64,000 bases of DNA. Origin: Squalus acanthias. Taxonomy: Eukaryota. Position numbers and translations under genes: made by a program. Within the stretch, counting starts at the first letter, position 1. Each line of letters starts with the position of its first letter. Location: NCBI GenBank assembly GCA_030390025.1, contig CM059432.1:85438001-85502000 (forward strand), read 5' to 3'. The notes under the pieces were generated by a model that ran no database searches, was not told the origin of the DNA, and worked only from the letters and a program-made list of their open reading frames with translations. Below are positions 12,054 to 25,014 of the stretch, one piece after another.

Positions 12054-12871
12054 TTTGTACTTAAACAGCCCTCTGATATTCATTCATCACATACCTGATT
12101 CATTTAATTGTACTATCATTGTTACCTAAGAACTATTCTATTTACTGACATTGTTTGTCATCCATTGGGTATTGAAGGTTAAAATACCAAGTGGCAATAA
12201 CAATCAATACAGGAAAAACTTACCTTTGGTGAAAAAACACTACAGTTCATCAACATAGAAGCAAGAGACCATTTATCATTTTTATCTGCTACTATAGTGC
12301 TTATGTAAATGTATACGGCGGCTTGTTTGACAACATTATTTCTACATGTATTCATTACTAAGTAAAATTGATGCTATTATATATGGTACTGATCTACATA
12401 ATGATGCTGAAATATGGGGACACATCTTTCTATCCCCCCCTCCCACATATAATGCTGCAGTTACATATTTGCAAGTCTGAAGGAGATAGAGCAGTAATAT
12501 TTTACTAATATTTTGTCAGTGCATGGACCTCAACCGGCAGTGCCATCAATACTAATAACTAATACTAGAAGTGATATAATTGAGTTGCAATGCGACCATT
12601 TTTGTATTCTGCAACCTACAGTTTCAAAAGACATTCAGAAGTAAATAGGCAGAGTTGTGAATGGCATTCTTGCCATTAACAGCAAAGGTCTTTTTTCCCA
12701 CAAGGCAATCCTAATCACTTTAAACATTAGTGCTAATTTTGCAGTATTTCTTTCTAGTTTTCCCACATATTAAACATGACCATGTACAAAAATGAGCCAG
12801 AAGTATATTTTAAATAAGGACAGCATAGCCAATTTGCACCACATCATTCGGTATTGTGCTGCCAAATAAAG

Positions 12872-13140
12872 CAAGAAAACTTGTATTTATATAACATTTA
12901 TTCACGTCCTCAATACATTCTAATGTGCTTCACAACAAATGAATTACTTTTGAAGTGCAGTCACAGTTATATAGGTAGACGCAGCATCCAATCATGCACA
13001 GCAAGATCCCACAAACAGCAGATGAAATAAATAACCAGTTAATCTATTTCTGGTGTGTCGTTTGAGGGAGGAATGTTGGCCAGGACACAAGGAGAACTCC
13101 TTGTTCTTCTTTAAATAGTCGCATCCACCTGAAGGCAGGA
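12872..13140 (-). mobile_element. Old degenerate Deu-SINE copy
   Basis: Diverged match to the SINE 3' half. Confidence 0.65.
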
Positions 13141-13448
13141 TATTATGCAACCTAAACTGAAGAAGAGAAAGTAAGTGGACTTTATGGTCTTGTACATAGA
13201 AGAGCAGGGGGAGTAGAAAATTGGAATTGGAGGCTCTGCACCAATTTCTTTCAGGGCTGCAATTTCCCAAATTCCTATTATTAGCGAGCTTCGAAGAAAA
13301 CTGACATTTCCCGAAGTCCAATAGAATAAAAGGAGAGTGCTGATGGTGCTGGCACTCTTTCATGTGCCACAAAAAGGTCCCAGATTTGATGCAACAATAT
13401 TTAAATCAGCTCCATTCACAGTTCTCTGGGATTTGTGTTAGAATCATA

Positions 13449-15678
13449 GGGGGAGAAATTTGTGTTCGCCGGCAACTGGAGTTAACGGCCGCTGAAAATG
13501 GCCGCAACGCTAACAGAGCAAAATTGGTCTGGGGGGCAGGGAGATTGGTGGCGCAGCACTTACCTTCCATGCAATGCCGTCCTGGTGGCGTTGCTGCAGG
13601 CATCCGAGACAAAGTTCCTGTCCCGGTGCCGCGTTGCAGCTTCCCACAGCCTCTGGAATCAAGGCTGTGGAGCTTGCAAGGAATTGTGGGTAATGAAGAG
13701 GTCTGGGAATTAAAGGGGCCATGCACACCGAAGCAATACAAATTAAAATGAAGTGAAACAATGCAGTTTCCAGCCCTTTCTGTCTTTTAAAAAATATTTA
13801 ACATTAAAAAGAAGTCCCAAATGTGAATATTCAGCTCTTAAGGCTGAATTACCTTCCTAACCTCAACAAATGGGGAGACTGCCTCAGCGCTAACACAAAT
13901 GGCTCAGCAAGCCAGGGAAGGGGCACCCAGGGTCTCGCACGCAGCACTCCAGCTTTGTGCAAGGGCTCAACACTGCAAAACATGCCCTCTATCCACAAGG
14001 GCCAGGAGGCCCTCCAGAAAGAAGGATGTGGGAGTACATCACCGAGGCCGTGTCGCCCCCACCATCTGGCTCCAATGCCCAAAGAGCTTCATGACCTCAG
14101 TCCACTGGTCAAGGTCAGTGAATGCATCTTCAAAAGCCGTCTCCTACCAACAGCACCACTAGCCTCACACACTGCTCAATGCATGACCCCCAATCACTCA
14201 CCTAACAACAATCTGCACCAATCACGAGGTACATCTCCCATTCCTAACCTCACCTCACCCCCTTGGCGGAGACGGTGCAGGCCATTCTTGGCAGGGGCAT
14301 GACTGAGCTTGGCCAGCGGCGGGGCTGAAAGGATACAAGATGCTGGTATCCTCATACGTTATCCGCCTTCTGGCATGCACCTCTTGCTTTTCCGCCCTCC
14401 CATTACCACACCTCCACCCTTGTGCCTTCCTCATTTCACACACCCAAGAAGTGCATCCTGCCCAGCCAGTGGGTGACCAAGAAGAGGAAGAGGAGAGTGA
14501 AGAAGAACAAGAACAGAAGAAGATTGATTTGACACTCCCAGCCACCAGCTCCTCAAGGTCAACCAGCAAGGACATTTGCAGTGTCCCCCACTGAAAGTCA
14601 GCAGCCTTCCACCAGCCATGTTGCAGCCACTGGGGTAGCACTGCGTGACATCAGTAGGATAGGCAAAGGCACACACAAGACAGTCACTAAGGGAATGCAA
14701 TCGGGTTTTGAGTTGATTTTTTGATGTCACATTGGATGGATAGATGTATACCGGTGGATTGGAAAGTTTGCTTCGTGGTGGATTTTATTTCAGCATCGTG
14801 GCCAAGAGGACGTTGTGATGGTCAGTAACAGATGGAAGGTAAAGTGTGGGACTAATGTTGAAAGGGGAATTGGGGTTGTGGTCACTGGGACCAGAGGCGG
14901 ATGATTCCATCCTGGATATCTCGGCCAGAAAGGGGCTGTCTGGGCTGCATCCTTCCGTCTGATTCCTCCTCTTCTGATTCCTCCTCTTCGGCTTCCTCCT
15001 CTTCGGCTTCCTTCTCTTCTGATTCCTCCTCTGTGGCTTCCTCCTCTTCTACTTCCTCCTCTTCTGTGTCTTCCTCTTCCCTCTGCAAGCAGATGTTGTA
15101 AATGTGAAATGACAGCATAATATGCTGGAAATACTCAGCTGGTCAGGCAGCATCTCAACCTGAGATGTGAACTCTGTTTTTCTCTCCACGGATGTTGCGT
15201 GACCTTCTGAGTATTCGCAGCATGTTCTGTCTTCTCAAAGGCCTTTATTTACCATCCAAGCCCTTGCAAGCGTCCAGCAGCACTCCCGACACACTTAAGA
15301 AACTTTCCATATCTATTGCAGCAAGCCACCACTTCAATAAAATAAAATAAAAAGTCCAAAAATTTACCTAACGATATGTGTGTCTATTTAAGAGGTTCAG
15401 ACATTGCCACTGTCAGCCTGCTTAGGACCAAGCGCTGAATTCAGCGCTAGGGTTGAAGTTTGCATTAGTGACGTTAAGTCGGCGTTGCACGCCAATTGAC
15501 GTCACCACGCCACCATTTTTTCTTTCAGGGCGCTACCAGTTACCGGCAGCGCAAAGGGGGAGACGAATATGGCGGCCACCACGGAACCCGCCACCAGCTG
15601 GCGAAAGAGCGGCGGCCGCCATTTTATCACCATTTCATGGCGCAACGGAGTGGCAGTAAGTAGATGAATTTCTAGCCC
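13449..15678. mobile_element. Non-autonomous Harbinger (Myb-gene remnants on +, transposase tail on -)
   Basis: TIR GGGGGAGAAATT / AATTTCTAGCCC; ...HDLSPLVK|GTCAGT exon remnant; acidic tail ending GRDIQDGIIRLWSQ*; paralog at 35065-37172. Confidence 0.75.
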
Positions 15679-15679
15679 A

Positions 15680-16600
15680 ATGAATCAGAGAAATTTACAG
15701 CACAGAAGGAGGCCATTTGGCCCATTGTGTCTGTGCCGGCCGAAATAGAGCTATCCAACCTAATCCCACTTTCCAGCTCTTGGTTCTTAGCCCTGTAGGT
15801 TACGGCCCTTCAAGTGCATATCCAAGTACTTTTTAAATGTGATGAGGGTTTCTGCCTCTACCACTCTTTCAGGCAGTGAGTTCCAGACCCCCACCACCCT
15901 CTGGGTGAAAAACGTTCTCCTCAACTCCTCTCTAATCCTTCTACCAATTACTTTAAATCTATGTGCCCTAGTTATTGAACTTTCTGCTAAGGGAAATAGG
16001 TCCTTCCTTTCCACTCTATCTAGGCCCCTCAAAATTTTATGCACCTCAATTAAGTCTCCCCTCAGCCTCCTCTGTTCCAAAGAAAACAACCCCAGCTTAT
16101 CCAATCTTTCCTCATAGCTAAAATTCTCCAGTCCTGCAACATCCTCATAAATTTCCTCCCGAGGGCAATCACATCTTTCCTGCAATGTGGTGACCAGAAC
16201 TGTACGTAGTACTCTAGCTGTGGCCTAACTAGTGTTTTATACAGTTCAAGCATAAACTCTCTGCTCTCATATTCTATGCCTCGGCTAATAAAGGAAAGTA
16301 TCCCATATGCCTTCTTAACCACCTTTTCTACCTATCCTAATCTGTGGACATGCACTCCAGGGTCCCTCTGTTCCTCTACTCTTCTCAGTATCCTACCATT
16401 TATTGTGTATTCCCTTGCCTTGTTAGCCCTCCCCAAATGCATTACCTCACACTTCTCCAGATTGAATTCCATTTGCCACTTTTCTGCCCACCTGACCAGT
16501 CCATTGATATCTTCCTGCAGTCTACAGCTTTCTTCCTCACTATCAACCACATGGCCAATTTTTGTATTATCTGCAAACTTCTTAATCATGCCCCCTACAT
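15680..16600 (-). mobile_element. CR1 LINE 3' fragment
   Basis: KFADNTKIG, WQMEFN, VRPQLEYYVQFWSP, YEERLDKLGLFSL. Confidence 0.9.
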
Positions 16601-16859
16601 TGAAGTTAGCTTTCCTTTCTTCCTTTTGCGCCCATTTGAAATGGGAGCAACGTACGCTTCGTGGTCTGAGAAGTTTTTTGTTGTAATGTTTGCAGTACCT
16701 TTACAATGCAGTGCTGTCAGTGAGCTATATTTTCAATATTTCTGTAATTTTAACGAAAGTATTTGTTTTAGGGTAAAACTGGTGTTCATTTTTGCTCACT
16801 TCTTTGCTTTTAAAGCGTCTCAATTTCATGGTAGAAGCGGTACAAAAAGCAAGAAGGCA

Positions 16860-17692
16860 TGCCAGGAAGATCAACTAAATCTCGACCATTCTGTAGCTCT
16901 TGGCACACCTACTTACCAATTATTCAAGTGCTAGGCAATGACCATTTCTAACAAGAGAGAGTCTAGCCACCTCCTCTTGACATTCAATAGGATTATCATA
17001 ATAGGAATCCCCCACTATCAACATCCTGGGGGGTCACCATTGACCAGAAACTTAACTGGATCAGCCACATAAATACTGTGACTACAAGAGCAGGTCAGAG
17101 GCTGGGTATTCTGCAGTGAGTGACTCACCTCCTGACTCCCCAAAGCCTTTCCACCTTCTACAAGGCACAATTCAGGAGTGTGATGGAATACTCTCCACTT
17201 GCCTGGATGAGTGCAGTTCCAACAGCACTCAAGAAGCTCGACACCATCCAAGACAAAGCAGCCTGCTTGATTGGCACCCCATCCACCACCTTAAACATTC
17301 ACTCCCTCCACCACCGGCGCACCGTGGCTGCAGTACCATCTACAAGATGCACTGCAGCAACTCCCCAAGGCTAGTTCGACAGTACCTCCCAAATCCATGA
17401 CCTCTACCACCTAGAAGGACAAGGGCAGCAGGCGCATGGGAACACCACCACCTGCAAGTTCTCGTACAAGTCACAGACCCTCCTGACTTGAAAATATATC
17501 GACGTTCCTTCATCATTGCTGGGTCAAAATCCTGGAATTCCCTCCCTAACAGCACTGTGGGAGTAACTTCATTTCACGGACTGCAGTGGTTCAAGAAGGC
17601 GGCTCACCACCACCTTCTCGAGGGCAATTAGGTATGGGCAATAAATGCTGGCCTTGCTGGCGATGCCCACATCCCATGAATGAATAAAAAAA
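16860..17692 (+). mobile_element. Third LINE family (CR1/L2 group), 3' end with poly-A tail
   Basis: YKAQFRSVMEYSPLAW, LKKLDTIQDKA; ends CCCACATCCCATGAATGAATAAAAAAA; second copy at 56083-56692. Confidence 0.8.
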
Positions 17693-18045
17693 ACTGCCAC
17701 AGCTTGCTTCAGGTCAGCAGGATAGGAAACTTGCAACATTAGCAGTAGTACAGGAAACTTTCGTTTATCCGGCATCGACGGGACCGGCGTGGTGCCGGTT
17801 TATCGAAAGTACCGGATAACGGAGAGTTATATCTACAGAGGCTATTTTTAACCTAAAAAAATCAAGAAATGTGCAGTATACAGTATTTGGGTACTCACCT
17901 ACAGAATGTTGTGTTAAATGGATGGTGGAAGATGCTTGATTAAGTACAGTACTGCCAGTTGAGGGTAATCCATAACTCTTTAATTACTTAACAGTAAAAC
18001 AAAACTTATAAACGACTGTCTACAGTACTGTAGTTGACTGTACAC

Positions 18046-19803
18046 TTATTCAGAGTCATCTGGTTCATCAGAAATATCCGTGCCAGCTGGGTCATCAGGA
18101 TCACGCAGTTCCACCGATTCTTCAGGCACTTCCGCTGCTGCGACTCTTTTGGAAGCTTTCTTAAACATGTTGCGGATGTCGGTTTGCTTAGTGGACTCTT
18201 GCCTTTTCTGTAGAAAGGTGGAATGCAGAATATGGAGTTGCATAACTTCTTGTGCAGTGTAGCAATTCTGCCTTTCAGCAAATTTGAGGATTGTAGAAAA
18301 TCCTTCTGCAGCTTTAGCCCAAGAAATCTTCTCTTCTTCAGAAATCTCATCCTCTTCACTTTCCATCTCGCTTTCCTTTTCTTTCTTTGGATTCAAAACA
18401 TTCTCAATTATTTCATCATCACTTAGCATATGCACAACACCAACTTCTCTATCTGCATCAACCCACTGCTCGATATCACTTTCACTGAGGTGATGTAGAG
18501 GGTTTGCTGGGCCTGCATTTTTCACCATTCCAGCCATTTCCATTATTGTACTCTTCTTGGGACGAACACTGAACCCATGAAATTCCTCCTCTGAAGAAGA
18601 ACCTTCAGCAAACATTACAGAAGGCCACAATTTGCGCCAGGCTTGCCTCAGAGTGTGACCTTTCACCAATTTCCAGGAACATGCAACATTATAGATGGCA
18701 TCTTTAATATTGTATTCCTTCTGCAAATCTTGAATATTCTCATCTTGGCTTAGCAGTTTACGTAGGAAGTCTTTCTTGTAATGACACTTCAGATTTTGGA
18801 TAACGCCCTGGTCCATGGGTTGGATGAGAGAAGTTACATTTGGTGGCAAATAAATGGTGAAAATATTTCCCGAAACCAACTGGGATTCATGCGGATGGGC
18901 TCTGCAATTATCAAGCAATAAAATGCATTTGCTATCTTCAGGTTTCCCTATTCTGCGGAAATGTTCCTTCACAGATGGAACAAAAATATGATGGAACCAA
19001 TCGGAGAAGATTTCCTTATCCATCCAAGCATTTTTTTGAGCTTTGTACTCAACAGGTAAGTGCCTCACATTTTTAAATGCACGGGGATTTTTATACTTCC
19101 CGATAACAAGAAGTTTAACCCGGTGTGATCCAGCAGCGTTCGCACATGTTAGCACGGTTACACGATCTTTATTTTTCTTGTAACCTGAAGCATTAGCCTC
19201 ACTAGCCCCAGCAAGCGTTGATTCTGGCAAAAACCTCCAAAACAAGCCAGTTTCATCGGCATTGTAGATCTGTGCTGGCGACAAATCATGTTGCTGCACA
19301 ATCCGATTGAAATAATTGCAGTATTCTTCTGCGGCTTCGTGATCAGCTGATTTCTTCTCCCCGGAAATAACGAGTCGTCGTATCCCGTGCCGTAACTTGA
19401 AGCACGTTAGCCATCCATCGGAGAAAGCACACTTGTCAGTGAGCTCCATCCTATCGTAGAATTCCTTCGCTTTCTCGATGAGCATGGGTCCGGAAATTGG
19501 AACACCCTCTGAACGCTTAAGAGAAAACCATTCATAAAGCACGGTATCCAGCTCTTCAAGCTTAGGCTTACGAAGCGTACGCCGTTTCTCTACACTCTTG
19601 CATGTCTCCGAGCTTGAATAAAACTTGAGCAGCTTATCCTTCTGCGATTTGATGTCGTAGATTGTTGACGAACCGATTTTGAATTCATTCATAATGTTGA
19701 TACGCTTCTCTCCCCTTTCTAGTCGTTGGCATATCTCGATTTTCTGTTTTAAAGTTAAGACCACTCTCTTCCTTTTGCTTGGACCAGCTTTTGGGAATTC
19801 CAT
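18046..19803 (-). CDS. Tigger-type transposase, 585 aa from first ATG (CENP-B-type HTHs plus DD32D catalytic domain)
   Basis: Uninterrupted [45 protein letters not shown]-32 residues-QPMDQG; resembles the JRK/JRKL/TIGD2 lineage. Confidence 0.95.
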   Translation of the reverse strand: MEFPKAGPSKRKRVVLTLKQKIEICQRLERGEKRINIMNEFKIGSSTIYDIKSQKDKLLKFYSSSETCKSVEKRRTLRKPKLEELDTVLYEWFSLKRSEGVPISGPMLIEKAKEFYDRMELTDKCAFSDGWLTCFKLRHGIRRLVISGEKKSADHEAAEEYCNYFNRIVQQHDLSPAQIYNADETGLFWRFLPESTLAGASEANASGYKKNKDRVTVLTCANAAGSHRVKLLVIGKYKNPRAFKNVRHLPVEYKAQKNAWMDKEIFSDWFHHIFVPSVKEHFRRIGKPEDSKCILLLDNCRAHPHESQLVSGNIFTIYLPPNVTSLIQPMDQGVIQNLKCHYKKDFLRKLLSQDENIQDLQKEYNIKDAIYNVACSWKLVKGHTLRQAWRKLWPSVMFAEGSSSEEEFHGFSVRPKKSTIMEMAGMVKNAGPANPLHHLSESDIEQWVDADREVGVVHMLSDDEIIENVLNPKKEKESEMESEEDEISEEEKISWAKAAEGFSTILKFAERQNCYTAQEVMQLHILHSTFLQKRQESTKQTDIRNMFKKASKRVAAAEVPEESVELRDPDDPAGTDISDEPDDSE

Positions 19804-19866
19804 AATGCAAGATGGAGGAGATAATTGCCGATGAAGATGGAAAGACACACAGAACAATGGTGGCTA

Positions 19867-20240
19867 GGAAGAGACTACCAGCAGCGTGGCAGACACACAG
19901 TAAAATGGTGTATCAGAAGAGACTACAGTACCAGCAGCGTGGCAGACACACAGCAAAATGGTGGATCAGAAGAGACTACAGTACCAGCAGCGTGGCAGAC
20001 ACACAGTAAAATGGTGTATCAGAAGAGACTACAGTACCAGCAGCGTGGGAGACACACAGCAAAATGGTGGATCAGAAGAGACTACAGTACCAGCAGCGTG
20101 GCAGACACACAGTAAAATGGTGTATCAGAAGAGACTACAGTACCAGCAGCGTGGGAGACACACAGCAAAATGGTGGATCAGAAGAGACTACCAGCATCGT
20201 GGGAGACACCCAGCAAAATGGCCGATCCGAAGAGACTCCA
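19867..20240. repeat. 53-bp tandem array with alternating A/B variants, upstream of the Tigger ATG
   Basis: Units start at 19915, 19968, 20021, 20074, 20127 and 20180; CAGTAAAATGGTGTATC alternates with CAGCAAAATGGTGGATC. Confidence 0.95.
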
Positions 20241-22087
20241 GGCAGCGCGGGAGAATCTACTCATGCTACTGCAATGTTTCGGACTTGCGACAGCGCCAGG
20301 AGGCCGAGTAGTGGCACTTTTGAAAAGTACCCCTACTGACTAAATCGGCGTTCGCGGACTCGGACTCGGACTCGGGATCGGCAACATTGCCGGTTATTTG
20401 AGAGGAGTTTTCGGAGCACTCGGCGTTCGCGGAGACTCGACTGCGACTCGGCAACATTGCCGGTTATTTGAGAGGAGTTTTCGGAGGATGATTTTTGCCG
20501 GTTAAGCGAGAATTCCGGTTATTTGGGTGCCGGATAAACGAAAGTTTCCTGTAATTGGGGATTTGATAGCCAGGGGGACAGACAGGCAGTTCTGCCACCG
20601 TCGACGTGAGATCCGTATGCTGTGTTACCTCCCTGGTGCCAGGGTAAGGCATATCACGGAGAGGGTGCAATAAATTCTGCGGGAGGAAAGGGAAGAGCCA
20701 GAAGTCGTGGTCCATGTCGGAACATTGGGAGGAAGAGGGTTGAGTTCCTGCAGTCAGAGTTTAAGGAGCTAGGGAGCAAGTTAAAAAGCAGAACCTCAAA
20801 GGTAATAATCTCTGGATTACTCCCAGTGCCATGCATTAGTGAGCGTAGAAATAGGAGGATATGGCAGGTTAATGCGTGGCTAGAGACATGGCGCAGGAGG
20901 GAGGGCTTCAGATTCCTGGGATGTGGGACCAGTTCTGTAGCAGGAGAGACCTGTTCAAGATGGACGGGTTGCACTTGAATAGAGCTGGGACCAAAATCCT
21001 TGCGGGCAGGTTAACTAGTGCTGTGGGGGAGGATTTTAACTAATTTGGCAGGGGGTTGGCACCAAGATGTAGTATTAAAAAGTAGAAATAAGGTGCAGAG
21101 AGGACTGGGAGAGACAGTTAGAGTTAGAAATAATACAGAATTAGGTGGGATCATAGAAAATACAAAGAGGTCTAAGTTAGGTTTGGAGTACATGTCTGTA
21201 AATGCACGAAGTGTGGTTAATAAGGTTGATGAGCAGCAGGCACAAATAGCCACGTGGGCATATGATGTAGTGGCCATAACTGAGACCTGGCTCAAAAAAA
21301 GCGAGCATTGGATGCTTAATATTCCTGGGTACAAGATATTCAGGAAAGATAGTGAAGGAAAAAAAGGAGGAGGGGTAGCAGTTTTGATGAAGAAAAATAT
21401 TACAGTGCTAGAAGGAGAGAATGTCCTTGAGGAGTCAAAGACAGAATCTATTTGGTTGGTGTTAAAGGAGTTATTACACTACTTGGTGTATTTTATAGGA
21501 TACCAAAAAGTGGGAAATGAGATAGAGGAGCAGATATGCAAAGACATTACTGAGAGGTACAAGAAATATAGAGTTGTGATAATAGTGGACTTTAACTACC
21601 CCAATATTGAACGGGGCAGTGATTGTGTTAAGGGCAGAGAAGGGAGGAATTTCTGAAATGTGCTCAGGAGAATTTTCTTGATCGTTAATGTTTACTGCCC
21701 AAAGAGGAAGAAGGCATTACTGGATCTAGTCCTGGGAAATGAAGTGGTTCAAGTGGAGAATGTCACAGTCAGGGTGCATCTCAGGAATAGTGATCATAGT
21801 ATCGTAAGGTTTAGATTAGCTATGGAGAAGGTAAAGGAGCAATCTAGAATAAAAATACTTAACTGGAGGAATGCTAATTTCAGCAAATTAAGGAAGGATC
21901 TGACCCGGGTAAATTGGAGTCAAAGATTGGCAGGCAGAAATGTAATGGAGCAATGGGCGACCTTTAAAAAGGAGATGGTTCGGATACTGTCTAGGTACAT
22001 TCCTAGAAGGGGGAAAGGGAGAGCAACCAAAGTCAGAGCTCCCTGGATGATGAAGGATGAAGCAGAAAAAGGGGGCGTATGACAGAT

Positions 22088-22696
22088 ACAAAAGCAAAAT
22101 ACTGCAGATGCTGGAAATCTGAAATAAAAACAGAAAAAGCTGGAAATATTCAGCAGGTCAGGCAGCATCTGTGGAGAGAGAAACAGAGTTAACGTTTCAG
22201 GTCGATGACCCTTCATCAGAACTGGAAAAAGTTAGAGATGTAACAGATTTTTAAGCAAGTGCAGGGGCAGGGAAAGGGGGAAGGGAGGAAAGAACAAAAG
22301 GGAAGGTCTGTGATAGGATGGAAGGCAGGAGAGATTAAAAGACAAAAGAGATGATGGTGCAAGGCAAAAAGGAGATGGTAATGGGACAAGTTAAGAAACA
22401 AAAGATGACTCTAGATGAGGTGTAAATGGCAATGGCAGAATCATCAACAGCTGCCATGTGAAAAAAAATGGGCAGAGGTTATGATCTGAAATTATTGAAC
22501 TCGATGTTGAGTCCAGAAGGCTGTAAAGTGCCTAATCGAAAGATGAGGTGCTGTTCCTTGAGCTAACATTGAGCTTCGTTGGAACAGTGTAAGAGGCCGA
22601 GGACGGAGAGGTCAGAGTGGGAGTGGAGCGGAGAATTAAAGTGGCAGGCAACCGGAGGCTCGGGGTCACGCTTGCCGACTGAACGTAGGTCTTCCG
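22088..22696 (-). mobile_element. 5'-truncated Penelope-like element (GIY-YIG C-terminus and 3' end)
   Basis: PVACHFNSPLHSHSDLSVLGLLHC...EQHLIFRLGTLQPSGLN; 11-bp TSD GTATGACAGAT at 22077-22087 and 22697-22707. Confidence 0.85.
22187..22223 (-). ncRNA. Minimal hammerhead ribozyme motif
   Basis: Minus strand AGTT-CTGATGA-A-GGGTC ATC GACCT-GAAACGTT-AACT. Confidence 0.75.
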
Positions 22697-23109
22697 GTAT
22701 GACAGATGTCAGCTTGATAATACAAGGGACAATCAGGCTGAATATAAAAAGTACAGTGAAAAAGGAAATAAGAGGGGCAATGGGACAGTACGAGAATAGA
22801 TTGGCAGCTAACATAAAAGGGAATCCAAAGATCTTCTATAGGCATATTAACAGTAAAAGGGTTGTCAGAGGAGCAGTGGGGCCGATTAGGCACCAAAATG
22901 GAAATCTATTGGTGGAGGCAGAAGGCATAGTTCAGGTACTAAATGAGTACTTTGCATCGGTGTTTACCAAGGAAGAGGACTTTTCCAAAGCTATGGTAAA
23001 CGAGTAGGTTGCTGTGATACTGGATGAGATACAAATAGATACTAGAAAGGCTGACGGTACTTAAAGTGGATAAGTCACCCGGTTCGGATGGGATGCATCC
23101 TAGGTTGCT

Positions 23110-23580
23110 GAAAGAAAGAAAGACTTACATTTATATAGCACCTTTCACGACCACCAGACGTTGCAAAGCGCTTTACAGCCAATGAAGTACTTTTTTTTTT
23201 AAGTGTAGTCACTGTTGTAATGTAGGAAATGTGGCAGCCAATTTGCACACAGCAGGATCCCACAAACAGCAATGTGACATTGACCAGATAATCTGTTTTA
23301 GTGATGTTGATTGAGGGATAAATATTGGCCAGGACACCAGGAATAACCCCCCTGCTCTTCTTCAAAATAGTGCCATGGGATCTTTTATATCTTCCTGAGA
23401 GAGCAGACAGGGCCTCAGTTTAACATCTCATCTGAAAGACGGCACCTCCAACAGTGCAGCACTCCCTCAGTACTGGAGTGTCAGCCTAGACTTTGGTGTT
23501 CAAGTCGCTGGTGTGGGACTATGAACCTACAACCTTCTGACTCAGATACAAGGGTGCTACCAACTAAGCCAAAGCTGACA
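23110..23580 (-). mobile_element. Full-length tRNA-derived Deu-domain SINE (SacSINE1-like)
   Basis: tRNA-like head, central Deu-like GGAGGTGCCGTCTTTC...ATCCCATGGCAC, L2-like tail, (TTTC)n end. Confidence 0.85.
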
Positions 23581-25014
23581 GAAGTAAGGGTAGAAATTAT
23601 GGAGGTATTGGCCACAATCTTCCAATCCTCCTTCGATACAGGGGTGATGCCAAATGACTGGAGGATTGCAAATGTTACACCCTTGTTCAAAAAAGGAGAA
23701 GGATAAACCTGGCAATTACAGGCCAGTCAGTTTAACGTTGGTGGTGGGAAAACTTTTAGAAACAATAATCTGGGAGAAAATTAACAGCCATTTGGACAAA
23801 TATGGACTAACAAAGGAGAGCCAACACGGATTTGTTTTGACTAACTTGACTGAGTTTTTTGATGAGGTAACAGAGAAGGTAGAAGAGGGCAATGCAGTTA
23901 ATGTTGTGCATATGGATTTCAAAAGGCATTTGATAAAGTACCACATATTAGACTTGTTAGCAAAATTGAAGCTCATGGGATAAAAGAGGCAGTAGTAGCA
24001 TGGATACAAAATTGGCTAAGGGATAGAAAACAGAGTTGTGGTGAATGGCTGTTTTTCGGACTGGAGGGAGGTATACAGTGGTGTTCCCCAGGGGTCAGTA
24101 CTGGGACCACTGCTGTTTTTGATATGCATTAATGACTTGGACTGGGGGGGTGGCGGTGTACAGGGCACAATTTTGAAATTTGCAGATAACATGAAACTTG
24201 GAACTGTAGTAAACAGTGAGGAAGATAGTAATAGACTTCAAGAGGACGTAGTAGACAGGCTGGTGAAATGGGCAGACACATGGCAGATGAAATTCAATGT
24301 AGAAAAATGTGAGTTGATACATTTTGGTAAGAAGAATGAGGAGAGTCAATACATACTAAATCTTACAATTTTAAAGGAGGTGCAAGAACAGACAGACCTA
24401 GGGGTGTTTGTGCACAAATCTTTGAAGGTGACAGGACAGCTTAACAAAGCAGTTAATAAAGCATATGGGATCCTAAGCTTTATAAATAGAGGCATAGGGC
24501 TCGATTTTGCCAGGCCCGAGGAGGCGGGATTGGAGGCGTGAGGTGTTAAAATCGTAAAAAAATGGCGTGCGGGCCCGATCCCGCCTCCGAGCAATTTTCC
24601 CAGAATCGGGGTTTTAGACCCCGTTTCCATCCCGCCGCCAAGAGGCGGGATAGGCCCTTAAAGCCCTTAACAACCACTTAATTGCCTCTATAATCCAATT
24701 TTGAGAGGCCTTTCTGATTTTTAGACATTTCCTTCATCCTACACGCCTCCTCTGGAACACGCCAGGTAATCCTGGCAGCCTCACAAGTGGATTGCTTAGT
24801 AACAGCTGCAGCTCCACCATTAAAAGTGAGCTTTCAGCAATCATCATTTGCAGGTGGCAGAACTTTGTTGTCTCAGGTCTGGGGGAACTTTTAGCAGGCC
24901 TACTCATTGTTGTGGAAGTTTGGAGCCTGAGACCCATCTCCAGTGTGACCTCCTGGGAAACCCCTCTCCCCACCTTGACTGAGCACTTCCTCAACTGAGG
25001 TATATACCAGAAGC

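Larger units (their letters stand above)
17751..20551 (-). mobile_element. Tigger/pogo (Tc1/mariner superfamily) DNA transposon, apparently complete, 2,801 bp
   Basis: Perfect 24-bp TIR CAGGAAACTTTCGTTTATCCGGCA at 17751-17774 and 20528-20551; TA on both sides; removing the element restores the CR1 ORF1 frame. Confidence 0.97.

Noticed and set aside
16344..16934. 196-aa hydrophobic ORF
   Set aside because: Spans antisense CR1, T-rich non-coding sequence and another LINE; starts at a non-ATG codon.
18046..19857. Domesticated JRKL/TIGD2 gene, or the 603-aa start in the ORF track
   Set aside because: Perfect TIRs, a TSD and insertion into a LINE show a transposon; the longer ORF uses a non-ATG start.
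19867..20240. Regular repeats resembling a CRISPR array
   Set aside because: No unique spacers, no cas genes and a eukaryotic context; it is a tandem array inside a transposon.
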